A stretch of DNA of 64,000 nt from the human T2T-CHM13v2.0 reference genome, Homo sapiens: NCBI RefSeq assembly GCF_009914755.1, contig NC_060928.1. One strand, given 5' to 3'. A program made the position numbers and the translations under genes. The notes beneath the pieces are model-generated. The model saw nothing but the letters and a program-made list of their open reading frames with translations. It made no database searches and was not told the DNA's origin. Numbering within the stretch: position 1 is the first letter of the stretch; each line of letters opens with the position of its first letter. This document shows positions 34,866 through 53,298 of the stretch, in pieces.

Positions 34866-35819
34866 TTCAAAATCTATGTAGTGATTATCAGAGCTTTCTT
34901 TTCCTCTTCACCTATAGTCATCTGTGTTTTTGATGTATGTGTCTAACATTTAGAGATATATATATTCTCAAACATGCAAACACGCACACCGATACTTAAA
35001 GTATCGTTATTGAGAGCAAGAAAATAAAGTGTGTTATTAGTCTTGTTTAATATTAGAATCTATTATTGTCTTTGAAACAAAATACACAAAGCATTAGTAA
35101 AGACAAAAGTTCAAGAATGGTAAATCACTCTTACTTTCAGGACTGAATGCCCTTTCAAATAGTTAACTGCAAAAAGCATAAAACTATGAAACACATAAAA
35201 ATGGTATGTAACAAATAGTAAAGCATAATGGAAGTTTAACTGTTAAAAGAATAAAATCTGCTAAATGAATAATAGGAGTAGCCAAGCCGGCTATGATTTC
35301 ATGCTTTTCCATTGTAAAATGTAGGAATCCATTCACATATAATAATTCCAGAGGGAAAGTTCCACAATTTTAAGATATTTGTGGAGTAACAAGTGAACTT
35401 CACTAAGATCCTCTCCATTTTAAATACAAACAAAACCTGCTGATTCTGCACATTCCTGAGAAGAGTAAAGATTAAACCTCTCAAGAATTAGAAATGTTAT
35501 TTGCTTTCCAGAGTGAACTGCTCTATGCCCATACAAAAGATGCCCATGTAAGAAAGCACAAAATAAGCCTTGATTATTATGAAAGGGCACATATTGTATA
35601 ATAAGAATCAGTCTGCTAACTTGCAGGATGACTGGTGAGCTACATCACATGCTTCTCTAGTTTTCCATATTGCATGCACTCTCTCAACAAAACAGAATTG
35701 GTATATTTTGCAAAAGTTTGTTCCTTTCTTTTCCAGTCTAACAAAAATGAAACTCAACTTATAACCCACTGTGGAAACTCACTTAACTTCCCCTTCCTCT
35801 CTTAACTTCTATTCCCTAT

Positions 35820-36252
35820 AACAGGTTGATTACGCCATTAACCTTAATTCTTCACCTTCCCTATTATGTAATTTTGTAGTTCCTCACGGTAAAGCAGAGT
35901 ATATTTCCATGCCCAGTGTGACTTACTTTGGCCAAGAGAATGAGATAGAAGTTATGGTAAGCCTAGAACTCAAGAAGACATGCATATTTCCAATTTCTCT
36001 CTTGTATCTCTTCTATCATCATGAGAACATGCTAGGCCCAGCTGCTGGACATGGCAGGAGGATAATAAGAGATACATGGACCACAGCTACCTCCAGCCAA
36101 ATGCAGTCATAAAAATGACCTGAGCCAAGACCAACAAAACTGTCTGGCTGAGTTCAGCCTAGATAAGTTGACTTGAAGATTCATGAAAAATAATAACATA
36201 TAAACTACTGAGTTTTAGCATAGCTCATTATACAGCAATATGTAACTAATAT
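35820..36252 (+). mobile_element. Old MLT1 (G/H/I-like) MaLR solo LTR
   Basis: 'TGTGACTTACTTTGGCCAAGAGAATG', 'CATGAGAACATGCTAGG', terminal 'ACTGAGTTTTAG...CAGCAATATGTAACTAATA'. Confidence 0.65.
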
Positions 36253-37582
36253 ATTCTCCCAATACTTTGCCATTTTGCCCCTCTATTTGAATGCCCCACC
36301 TCATCATTTTGCAAGTTTATAAACCATGGGAGTGTGTCGACAGTTGAAGTATTTATTCAAACCAGAAGTTCCAGGTTTACTTTAGGTGTTAAGACCTCTT
36401 GTACTCTCTAAAGAACTCTTTGAAAAGCACATGACAAGGAGTAATCCAATTTCTTCTTACTCAACTCTCTCTTTAATCAAGTAAATTCATCTCAGTAACA
36501 TCAAGTTATTCAAGGGGAAATGACCATGTATTATGTATTAAATGTTTTATATATTCTTAATTCATAAGGCTATATCCTCAGTCTTTGCTAAAATCTTCTA
36601 CAGTTCAATTTGTAGGTAGATGGACTACCTTGGGAGAAGTCAAGTAAATATACTTTACAATAGACTTATAGCGGTAATGCACCCAGAAAGACTGGCCAAT
36701 CACTGAGAATGGGATTGCCAAAAAGTGAAAAGATGAAAACTGAAGGAAAAAAGTGAAAAAAATATGAAAGGCAGAAAAAAAAATAAAACTGAAAACTTAT
36801 AGTGACCAAGAAAAAAACACAGAAGACTCAAATTACTAAAATCAGAAATGAAATAGGGGACATCATTACTAATTTTATAGAAACAAAGACTGTAATGAAA
36901 TAGTATAAAATTATATGCCAATAAATTAGATAATAGAGGAAATGAATAAATTCCTAGAAATATACAAGCTACTAAACACCCTAAGGAAGAAAGAGAAAGA
37001 CCTGAATAGGCCTATAACAAATAAAGAAATTTAATTAGTAATTTTTTAAAAAACTTCTCACAAAGACAAGCTTAACCCTGATGACTTTACTGATGAATTC
37101 TACCAGACATTTAAAGAAGAATTAACACTAATTCTTCATTAAGTCATCTAAAAATTAGAAGAGGAGGAAGTAATTCTCAACTCATCCTGTAAGGCCAATA
37201 GTAACTGAGACAAATTCAGATGAAGACGTCAAAAGAAAACTACAGATGAATACATATCATTAATATAGATGCAGAAATTTTCAACAAATTACCAAGAAAC
37301 TGAATCTTGCAACATATTTACCGTGACCAAGTAGAATTTCTCTCAGGAATGCAAGGGATTTTTTAACATCCAGAAATCAATCAATACATAATATATATGA
37401 GTAAAATCAAAACATAATATATATGAGTAAAAAACAAAGATTGCATCATCATCTCCATAAATGCAGAATAAGCATTTGACAAAGTCTAATAGGGTTTAAT
37501 GATTAAAAATAAATAAAACTCAATTAAGAAATAGAACTTTCTCAGCCTGAGAAAAAGGATCTGTAAAAAACCCAGAGTGAAC

Positions 37583-42497
<4,915 letters not shown>

Positions 42498-43030
42498 AAA
42501 ACCCAGAGCTAACATCATACTAAGTGGTAAAAGACAATGTTTTCACCCTATGTTCAGCAAGACAAGGATGTCTGTTCTTACCACTTCTAGTCACCATTCT
42601 ACAAGAGGTTCTAATCAGGGCAATTCAGCAAGACAAATAAATAAAATACATCCATATTTGAAATGAAGAAGTAGCATAGCTTCTATACATCATATACAAT
42701 GAAGACATGATCTTATGTATGAATCCTAATGAATTTATCAAAAAAATAGAACTAATTAACAAGTTCAGGAAGGTTGGAGGGTACGGGATTAATATACAGA
42801 AATCAACTGGATTTCTTTTTTTTTTAATTATACATTAAGTTATAGGGTACATGTGCGCAACATGCAGGTTTGTTACATATGCATACAAGTGACATGTTGG
42901 TGTGCTGCACATATCAACTCGTCATTTACATTAGGTATATCCCCCAATGCTATCCCTCCCCCATCCCCCAAACCCATGACAGGCCCCAGTGTGTGATGCT
43001 CCACTTCCTGCAGCCAAGTGTTCTCACTGT

Positions 43031-46000
43031 TCAATTCCCACCTGTGAATGAGAACATGCAGTGTTTGGTTTTTTGTCCCTACAATAGTTTGCTGAGAATG
43101 ATGGTTTCCAGCTTCATCCATGTCCCTACAAAGGACATGAACTCATCATTTTTTTATGGCCGCATAGTATTCCATGGTGTATGTGTGCCACAGTTTCTTA
43201 ATCCAGTCTATCATTGATGGACATTTGGGTTGGTTCCAAGTCTTTGCTATTGTGAATAGTGTCACAATAAACATACGTGTGCATGTGTCTTTATAGCAGC
43301 ATGATTTATGATTCTTTGGGTAGATACCCAGTAATGGGATGGTTGGATCAAATGGTATTTCTAGTTCTAGATCCTTGAGGAATCACCACACTGTTTTCCA
43401 CAATTGTTGAACTAGTTTGCCATCCCACCAACAGTGTAAAAGTGTTCCTATTTCTCCACATCCTTTCCAGCACCTGTTGTTTCCTGACTTTTTAATGATT
43501 GCCATTCTAACTGATGTGAGTTGGTATCTCATTGTGGTTTTGATTTGCATTTCTCTAATGACCAGTGATGATGAGCATTTTGTCATGTGTCTTTTGGATG
43601 CATAAATGTCTTCTTTTGAGAAGTGTTTGTTCATATCCTTTGCCCACTTTTTGATGGGGTTGTTTTTTTCTTGTAAATTTGTTTGAGTTCTTTGTAGATT
43701 CTGGATATTAGCCCTTTGTCAGATGGATAGATTGCAAAAAATTTCTCCCATTCTGTAGGTTGCCTTTTCACTCTGATGGTAGTTTCTTTTGCTGTGCAGA
43801 AGCTCTTTAGTTTAATTACATCTCATTTGTCAATTTTGGCTTTTTTTGCCATTGCTTTTGGTGTTTTAGACATGAAGTCCTTACCCATGCCTATGTCCTG
43901 AATGGTATGCCTAGGTTTTCTTCTAGGGTTTTTATGGTTTTAGGTCTAAATTTAAGTCTTTAATCCGTCTTGAATTAATTTTTGTATACAGTAAGGAGGG
44001 ATCCAGTTTCAGCTTTCTACGTATGGCTAGCCAGTTTTCCCAGCACCATTTATTAAATAGGGAATCCTTTCCCCATTTCTGGTTTTCATCAGGTTTGTTA
44101 AAGATCAGATAGTTGAAGATGTGTGGTATTATTTCTGAGGGCTCTGTTCTGTTCCATTGGTCTATATCTCTGTTTTGGTACCACTACCATGCTGTTTTAT
44201 TTACTGTAGCCTTGTAGTATAGTTTGAAGTCAGGTAGCGTTATGCCTCCAGCTTTGTTCTTTTTGCTTAGGATTGTCTTGGAAATGCAGGCTCTTTTTTG
44301 GTTCCATATGAACTTTAAAGAAGTTTTTTCCAGTTCTCTGAAGAAAGTCATTGGAAGCATGATGAAGAAAGTCATTGGCAGCATGATGGGGATGGCATTG
44401 AATCTATAAATTACCTTGGGCAGTATGGCCATTTTCCCGATATTAATTCTTCCTACCCATGAGCATGGAATGTTATTCCATTTGTGTGTGTCCTCTTTTA
44501 TTTCATTGAGCAGTGGTTTGTAGTTCTCCTTGGAGAGTTCCTTCACATCCCTTGTAAGTTGGATTCCTAGGTATTTTATTCTCTTTGACGCAATTGTGAA
44601 TGGGAGTTCACTCATGATTTGGCTCTCTGTTTGCCTGTTATTGGTGTATGAGAATGCTTGTGAGTTTTGCACATTGATTTTGTATCCTGAGACTTTGCTG
44701 AAGTTGCTTATCATCTTAAGTAGATTTTGGGCTGAGACGATGGGGTTTTCTAAATATACAATCTTGTCATCTGCAAACAGGGACAATTTGACTTCCTCTT
44801 TTCTTAATTGAATACCCTTTATTTCTTTCTCCTGCCTGATTGCCCTGGCCAGAACTTTGAACATTATGTTCAATAGGAGTGGTGAGAGAGGGCATCCCTG
44901 TCTTGTGCCAGTTTTCAAAGGGAATGCTTCCATTTTTCACCCATTCAGTAAGATATTGGCTGTGGGTTTGTCATAAATAGCTCTTATTATTTTGAGATAC
45001 ATCCCATCAGTACCTAATTTATTGATTATTATTTGCATAGAGAGTTTTAGCATGAAGAGCTGTTGAATTTTGTCCAAGGCCTTTTCTGCATCTATTGAGA
45101 TAATCATGTGGTTTTTGTCTTTGGTTCTGTTTATATGCTGCATTACATTTATTAATTTTTATATGTTGAACCAGCCTTGCATCCCAGGGATGAAGCCCAC
45201 TTGATCATGGTGGATAAGGTTTTTGATGAGCTGCTGGATTCAGTTTGCCAGTATTTTATTGAGGATTTTTGCATTGATGTTCATCAGGGATCATGGTCTA
45301 AAATTCTCTTTTTTTGTTGTGCCTCTGCCAGGCTTTGGTATCAGGATGATGCTGGCCTCATAAAATGAGTTAGGAAGGATTCCTTCTTTTTCTATTGATT
45401 GTGATATTTTCAGAAGGAATGGTACCAGCTTCTCCTTATAACTCTGGTAGAATTCGGCTATGAATCCATCTGGTCTTGGACTTTTTCTTGTTGGTAGTTA
45501 TTAATTATTGCCTCAATTTCAGAGCCTACTATTGGTCTATTCAGGGATTCACCTTCTTCCTGGTTTAGTCTTGGGAGTGTATATGTGTCCAGGAATTTAT
45601 CCATTTCTTCTAGATTTCCGAGTTTATTTGCATAGAGTTGTTTATACTATTCTCTGATGGTAGTTTGTATTTCTGTGGGATTGGTGGTGACATCCCTTTT
45701 ATCATTTTTTATTTCGTCTATTTGATTCTTCTCTCCTTTCTTCTTTATTAGTCTTGCTAGTGGTCTATCAATTTTGTTGATCTTTTCAAAAAATCAGCTC
45801 CTGGATTCATTAATTTTTGAAGGGTTTTTTATGTCTCTGTCTCCTTCAGTTCTGCTCTGATCTTAGTTACTTCTTGCCTTCTCCTGTCTTTTGAACGTGT
45901 TTGCTCTTGCTCCTCTAGTTCTTTTAATTGTAATGTTAGGGTGTCAATTTTAGATCTTTCCTGCTTTCTCTTGTGGGCATTTAGTGCTATAAATTTCTCT

Positions 46001-46886
46001 CTACACATTGCTTTAAATATGTCCCAGAGATTCCGGTATGTTGTGTCTTTGTTCACCTTGATTTCAAAGAACATCTTTATTTCTGCTTTCATTTCATTAT
46101 GTACCCAGTAGTCATTCAGGAGCAGGTTGTTCAGTTTCCATGTAGTTGAGTGGTTTTGAGTGAGTTTCTTAATCCTGAGTTCTAGTTTGATTGCACTGTG
46201 GTCTGAGAGACAGTTTGTTATGATTTCTGTTCTTTTACACTTGTTGAGGAGTGCTTTACTTCCAACTGTGTTGTCAATTTTGGAATAAGTGCGATGTGGT
46301 GCTGAGAAGAATGTATATTCTGTAGATTTGGGGTGGAGAGTTCTGTAGATGTCTATTAGGTATGCTTGGTGCAGAGCTGAATTCAATTCCTGGATATCCT
46401 TGTTAACTTTCTGTCTATTGATCTGTCTAATGTTGACAGTGGGGTGTTAAAGTCTCCCATTATTATTGTGTGGGAGTCTAAGTCTCTTTGTAGGTCTCTA
46501 AGGACTTGTTTTATGAATCTGGGTGCTCCTGTATTGGGTGCATATATATTTAGAATAGTTAGTTTTTCTTGTTGAATTGATCCCTTTACCATTATGTAGT
46601 GGCCTTCTTTGTCTCTTTTGATCTTTGTTGGTTTAAAGTCTGTTTTATCAGAGATTACGATTGCAACCCCTGCTTTTTTTTGTTTTCCATTTGCTTGGTA
46701 GATCTTCCTCCATCCCTTTATTTTGAGCCTATGTGTGTCTCTTCACGTGAGATGTGTCTCCTGAATACAGCACACTGATGGGTCTTGACTCTTTATCCAA
46801 TTTGCCAGTCTGTGTCTTTTAATTGGAGCATTTAGCCCATTTACATTTAAGGTTATTATTGTTATGTGTGAATTTGATCCTGTCAT
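43031..46886 (-). pseudogene. Disrupted L1 ORF2p (EN-RT)
   Basis: ATGACAGGATCAAATTC start at 46886 and GGGAATTGA end at 43031. Multiple stops and frameshifts; the FADD motif is retained. Confidence 0.9.
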
Positions 46887-46949
46887 TATGATCTTAGCTG
46901 ATTATTTTGCTCATTAGTTGATGCAGTTTCTTCATAGCATCAGTGGTCT

Positions 46950-47956
46950 TTACAATTTGGCATGTTTTTGCAGTGGCTGGTAGCCGTTGTTCCTTTCCAT
47001 GTTTAGTGCTTCCTTCAGGAGCTCTTGTAAGGTAGGCCTGGTGGTGACAAAATCTCTCAGCATTTGCATGTCTGTAAAGTATTTTATTTCTCCTTCACTT
47101 ATGAAGCTTGGTTTGGCTGGATATGAAATTCTGGGTTGAAAATTCTTTTCTTTAAGGATATTAATATTGGCCTCCATTCTCTTCTGGCTTGTAGAGTTTT
47201 TGCCAAAAGATCCACTGTTAGTCTGATAGGCTTCCCCTTGTGGCTAACCCGACCTTTCTCTCTGGCTGCCCTTAACATTTTTTCCTTCATTTCAACTTTG
47301 GTGAATCTGACAATTATGTGTCTTAGAGTTGCTCTTCTTGAGGAGTATCTTTGTGGTGTTCTCTGTATTTCCTGAATTTGAATATTGGCCTGCCTTGCTA
47401 GGTTGGGGAAATTCTCCTGGATAATATCCTGCAGAGTGTTTTCCTACTTGGTTCCATTCTCCCTGTCACTTTCAGGTACACCAATCAGACGTAGATTTGG
47501 TCTTTTCACATAGTCCCATATTTCTTGGAGGCTTTGTTTGTTTTTTTTTTTACTCTTTTTTCTCTAAACTTCTTGCTTCATTTCATTCATTTTATCTTCA
47601 ATCACTGATACCCTTTCTTCCAGTTGATCAAAACTGAAGCTTGTGCATTCCTCACATAGTTCTTGTGCCATGGTTTTCAGCTCCACCAGGTCACTTAAGG
47701 ACTTCTCTATGCTGGTTATTCTAGTTAGCCATTTGTCTAATCTTTTTTCAAGGATTTTAGCTTCTTTGTGTTGGGTTCAAACTTCCTCCTTTAGCTTGGA
47801 GAAGTTTGATCATCTGAAGCCTTCTTCTCTCAATTCATCAAAGTCATTCTCTGTCCAGCTTTATTCCATTGCTGGCGAGGAGCTGCATTCCTTTGGAGGG
47901 GGAGAGCTGCTCAGATTTTTAGAATTTTCATCTTTTCTGCTCTGTTTTATCCCCAT
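46950..47956 (-). pseudogene. Disrupted L1 ORF1p
   Basis: ATG GGG at 47956. Fragments MKEKMLRAAREKGRV and KEKNFQPRISYPAK...YQPLQKHAKL lie in different frames. Confidence 0.9.
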
Positions 47957-48532
47957 TTTTGTGTTTTTTATCTACCTTTTGTCTTTGATGATGCTAACGT
48001 ACAGATGGGGTTTTCACATGGATGTCCTTTCTGTTTGTTAGTTTTCCTTCTAACAGTCAGGACCCTCAGCTGCAGGTCTGTTGGAGTTTGCTGGAGGTCT
48101 CCTCCAGACCCTGTTTGCCTGGGTATCAGCAGCAGAGGCTGCAGAACAGCGAATATTGCTGAACAGCAAATTTTGTTGCCTGATCGTTCCTCTGGAAGCT
48201 TTGTCTCAGAGAGGTACCCAGCCATGCGAGGTGTCAGTCTGCCCTTACTGGGGGGTGCCTCCCAGTTAGGCTACTCAGGGGTCAGGGACCCACTCGAGGA
48301 GGCAGTCTGTCCCTTCTCAGATCTCAAACTCCATGCTACGAGAACCACTACTCTCTTCAAAGCTGTCGGACAGGAACATTTAAGTCTGCAGAGGTTTCTG
48401 CTGCCTTTTGTTCAGCTCTGCCCTGCCCCCAGAGGTGGAGTCTACAGAGGCAGGCAGGCCTCCTTGAGCTGCAGTAGACTGCACCCAGTTCAAGCTTCTT
48501 GGACACTTTGTTTACCTCTTCAAGCCTCAGCA

Positions 48533-48607
48533 ATGGTGGGCACCCCTCCCCCAACCTCGCTGCCACCTTGCAGTTTGATCTCAGACTGCTGTGCTAGCAA
48601 TGAGTGA
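48533..48607 (+). pseudogene. Truncated L1 ORF0 (antisense 5' UTR ORF)
   Basis: MVGTPPPTSLPPCSLISDCCASNE* resembles the ORF0 N-terminus (MAGAPPPASLPPCSLISDCCASN). Early TGA, probably from CpG decay. Confidence 0.75.
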
Positions 48608-50477
48608 GGCTCTGTAGGCATGGGACCCTCCGAGCCAAGCATGGGATATAATCTCCTGGTGTGCCATTTGCTAAGACTTTGGAAAAGTGCAGTATTAGTG
48701 TGGGAATGACCCAATTTTCCAGGTGCCATCTGTCACAGCTTCCCTTGGCTAGGAAAGGGAATTCCTTGACCCCTTGTGCTTCCCAGGTGAGGTGATGCCT
48801 ATCCCTGCTTTGGCTCACATTCAGTGGGCTGTACCCACTGTCCTGCATCCACTGTCTGACAAGCTCCAATGAGATGATCCCGGTACCTCAGTTGGAAATG
48901 CAGAAATCACCCATCTTCTGCGTCACTCACACTGGGAGCTGTAGACTGGAGCTGTTCCTATTTGGCCATCTTGGAACCGCCAATCAAACTGGATTTCTAA
49001 ACAGTAGCAATGAACAACCCAGAAGTGAAATTAAGAAAATAATTCCATTTATAATGGCATCATAGGAAAAAAAATCTAAGGAATATGTTTAACAAGATAA
49101 GTGTAAAACTTATGCTCTGAAAACTATAAAATACTGCTGATAGATATTAATGGAAATGTAAATAAGTGGAAAGACAGCCCACATTCATGTATTAGAAGAC
49201 TTAACATTGTTAAAACACCAATATTCACCAAACTGATCTACAGATTCAATGTAATTTCTGCCAAATTTCTACTTGGCTTTTTTTGCAGAAATTGACAAGC
49301 TGATCCTAAAATTTATATGGAAATTTAAGGTTCCTAGAATAGCTGAAAAAAAAACAAAACAAAACAAAAAAAAACTTGAATTTATTTGAAGGGCACATAC
49401 TTAATGTCAAAATGTACTACAAAGCTATAATAATAAACAGATGTAGTCCAAAATAAGGTTAGACATATAGACAGATATAGTGCCAAAATAAGGTTAGACC
49501 AAGGGAATACACTGAAAGTCCAGAAATAAGACATTACATTTATAGTCCATTGATTTTCAACAAGGGTAAAGACAACTCAATGAAGAAAAATATTTTCTTC
49601 AACAAATCATGCTAGAGAAAAATATATCCACATGCAAAAAAAAAAAAAAAAGTTGAACCTCTTCCTAACACCATACATAAAAATTCACTCAAAATTTTCA
49701 TAGACATAAATGTAAGAGCTAAAACTATAAAACTCTTAGAAGACAATTTACAAGTAAATTTTCATAAGTCTGCATTACTACAGGTAGTGGGCTGGCTTTC
49801 TGGGCTGTTTGCTGCAGGTTGTGAGTCAGAGTTCTATTTTTATACATAGTCTGGCATTGTCATTTGTATTTCAGACTCTCAAAATCAAACACTAGCTATG
49901 GAATTTCCAGGAATTTACTCAATCTTTCTTTGCTCCATTACCTTCATGTATAAAATTTGGTTAGTAGAAGCCTCTACTACATAGGATAATAATTTATAGC
50001 CCATACAAATATTTTCTGAACTGACCTGGAAAAAATAGATCCAGTAGTGCTAATGTATCAACCATGTATGAGAAAGATAATATACTTCTATGCTGAAGAT
50101 ATACAGAAAGAGAAGATAAAGGTGCTTACTTAGCACAGTACCTGGCACAAGGGAGGCAGACAATTGTTAGGTGTTTATCTGTTTCCTCGGTTTTTCTTTC
50201 TAGGATTCTTCTTGTCACTCCATTTTAATAGTGTGATGGTAAGTGATAGTAGACCATTATCCACGGTAAGAAACATTATAATTCCTTATGACTGCAAGGA
50301 GACACTTTTTCCCTAATAGTACACATAGATTTCCAAAAAAAAAAAAAAAAAACCCTGTATAATATTCCTGCTAGCTCCCTGAGTTCAAGCAACAGAATTG
50401 GTTTCCTCATTCACTCAATCACATCCTTTAGGCTCTTTAGGCTTCCATCCCTTTTGTAGAAGACTATTAGAAATAAG

Positions 50478-50660
50478 GGCCAGGCACTGTGATTCACACC
50501 CATAATCTCAGCTCTTTGAGAGGCCAAGGCAGGAGGATCACTTGAGCTCAGGAGTTGGGAGGTTGCAGTGAGCTAGGATCAAGCCACTTCATCCCAGCCT
50601 AAATGACAGGAGTCCCGAAAAAAAAAAAAAAAGAAAAAGAAAAGAAGAAGGAAGAAAAAA
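50478..50660 (+). mobile_element. Monomeric Alu (left-arm start fused to right-arm end; FRAM-like or arm-recombined AluJ) with A-rich tail
   Basis: GGCCAGGCACTGTG...CTTTGAGAGGCCAAGG...AGGAGTT|GGGAGGTTGCAGTGAGCTAGGATC...poly(A). Confidence 0.8.
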
Positions 50661-52189
50661 AATAAAGCTATCAATGTTACACGCAAGTGTTATATATGCA
50701 ATTAAATAGTTTAGCATTGAGGAAGAAGTCATTTTTCTGTTCTGTCTACTAAAGAATGCACGAAAACAATTGGATTAGAAGGATGCCTTCTCCATTACAA
50801 ATCCCATTTGGTACAACTTAGCCATCAACCCTCTTTTTAAGGACAATGTTGTTTATGGAGCATGAGCTGAGGTGTTGTGAATGATTTCTTGGTTTCTCTC
50901 TTCTCCAAATTAGCACATGAACCCCACGCCCATAAGATGGTAACAGTTAAAATATGAACAAACACAACAATAGTAAGGCCTGGAAAGAAGTCTTTACACC
51001 ACCCCAGGAGAGCATGTGGTGTACATTCCAAGTCTGTGACATCCTGTAAGGGACCAGCCCACTCTTACCCCCAAGATATGGCTCAATTTTACACAGAAAC
51101 CACTTTATTTTTGTATCCCAGATGCTTTCCTATAATCTGGCCAGCAGCTATAAATCTACCAGTTATATAAAAGTAATTCTGGGACATTCAGGGAAATAGG
51201 AGTTGTACCCCTTGCCTGTGTATTAGGGTGGCTTCCTAATACAAGAGGAAAAAAATCAATAAACTAAGACCCAAAGATTCTAATAAGTTACATGTGGTTA
51301 GCATTCCAGTAAAAGTCATAGAAGTATAATAAAAAAAAGAATTCTATAAAAGTTTATTATTTTTAATACTTTCTATTACTAGTATGAATTTTCAGGAGAC
51401 TGGCTAGCCTTTACAGAATACACTTGTGGCATACAAAACCTTTTTATTTTTTATTCATTTATTTATTCATTTAGTAACCATTTGTAAACGTTAATAGGTA
51501 AAATATACAGCATTTAAAATTGCCTCTGAAGTTTTACAGTGGACTGATTACCAATGCACAAAATATGGAACATTGCAGTCTTTTCTAGGACAGTCATTTC
51601 TAATCCACTTTTAATTAAGGGATTTAGCAGACAAACAAGCTAGTTAACATTTCTCAGAGGTTGCTTTCACATTACTAGCACAACTGGAAGTATATTTTTC
51701 TGGGAAAGTTCAGAGAAGTTTTGAAAGGCCTAGAAATTGTTATAGTTATCTAAGCCAAAATGTCTTTGAGCTGAAAATGTCTATCTGTGTAGTGGAATAT
51801 AGCTTGAAATCATTAAAGTTGGAGGTGACTGGAGCTAGCCTAGCCTTGGACAAGCATTTTACATAAGAAAAACCGTGTTTTCCCAAAGTCATTTTATTTT
51901 CCTACTATGCATATACTAACTTCATTTTTTTCTGGCCTTGTTATAAATTCACCTATTCATAGAATTTCATTTGAGGAGATATACCATTTTAATTGCTTCG
52001 CAAGATAACCATCATGGTAATTCACTTTGTAAGCACATATATACAACATCAACTATCACCTCAGCTTAATTGGTTGAGTATTGATAACTGGTATAAACAA
52101 GGACTCATCAATAATTTGCTAATGGTTAAATTCACTCATGGCCCAATTAAGACAAAGAGCAATGCATAATACACATTCTCAAGAATACA

Positions 52190-52430
52190 GTAATAATAAC
52201 TAACGTTTATTCAAGGCTTGCACTACATGCCAGGCATTTTGAATGTTGTTTTTATACAGTGTATAATTTAATCCTCACAATAACCATATGATTCTATTGC
52301 AGTTCTTATCCTTGTTTTACATGAAGAAACTAAGGCACAGAGAGGTTAAAGGACTTGCAATATCACACCAGAGTCAGAGTGTTTGAACCTAAGCATCCAA
52401 TCGTAGCACCCTTTATTATTTAACATTCAA
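52190..52430 (-). mobile_element. MIR
   Basis: 'TTTAATCCTCACAATAACC...GAAACTAAGGCACAGAGAGGTTAAAGGACTTGC'. Confidence 0.8.
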
Positions 52431-52804
52431 TACTCTCATTCTATGGGAGTTATGATAGCCTCTCTTATTGTTTTATTTGCATCACTTCTAATTTATAGGA
52501 GGACCCTGTTGATGTGCAAAGACTGAATGTCTAAATTCCTGAGTTTAGCCAGGGGCTTGTTTACTGCAGTCAGTACCAGGTACAATGTATAACCAAGTGT
52601 TACTTCTTTAGCTCACCATAGAGTACAACCACCTGATTGCATATCTTTGAAACTAAATATAGGAGCTATAAGCATAGTTAACTCAGCCTCCTTATAAAAC
52701 CAAAAGAATTAAAACAAAAATATATTTTATAAGGTAATTTGTTTTTTTTCCACTTAAACCAATCAAGGAAAGAAGTTTTTTTCCCACTAAAATCAAAAAT
52801 GACT

Positions 52805-52985
52805 TGTAGTATGATGGTTGAGAGTCTGGAGTGTCTGAGCTCAAGCCTCAGCAACTCCACTGGGTATTGGGCAAGGTACTCAAAAATCTCTGTACTTCAG
52901 TTTCCTCATCTGGAAATTAGGAGTTACACATTGGGGGTTAAAGTAGTTGTAAGAATTTAGTTAATAACACAGAGTTCTTCTTAGA
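52805..52985 (+). mobile_element. MIR
   Basis: 'TTGGGCAAGGTACTCAAAAATCTCTGTACTTCAGTTTCCTCATCTGGAAA'. Confidence 0.75.
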
Positions 52986-53298
52986 ATGTCTCATCTGATC
53001 CTGATTCCTGAAGCACGTTATATGACAGGTCTTGTAAAATGCTTTGATTCCCATTTTTCTTTCTCTTTTTTAGGTGTTCATCACAGGTGTAGAAATAATG
53101 GCTGCTTTAATAGAGAGAAAAGCAATAATTGCCAGAATGTATCATTTGTTAAATAAAAAGTGCCATGAATTATTGAGAGTGAATTTCAACTGTAGCTTAC
53201 AGAAACGGGAATTATGGAGTCTCCTTACAATCAATCAAGGTCAAGAAAAATGTTCTTAGAGATATAGAGGATGGAAAGGTTAAAAAAATATTTTTATA

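Larger units (their letters stand above)
42817..48981 (-). mobile_element. Full-length (about 6.2 kb) L1PA4/5-like element, inactive
   Basis: 5' end GGCGGTTCCAAGATGGCC (YY1 site), 5' UTR, ORF1, ORF2, 3' UTR and poly(A). TSD AATCAA(A)CTGGATTTCT at 42801-42816 and 48982-48998. Confidence 0.95.

Noticed and set aside
48005-48607. 200-aa plus-strand ORF (and the 197-aa ORF at 53944-54537)
   Set aside because: Antisense frames of GC-rich L1 5' UTRs. Only the last 24 codons of the first correspond to the ORF0 relic.
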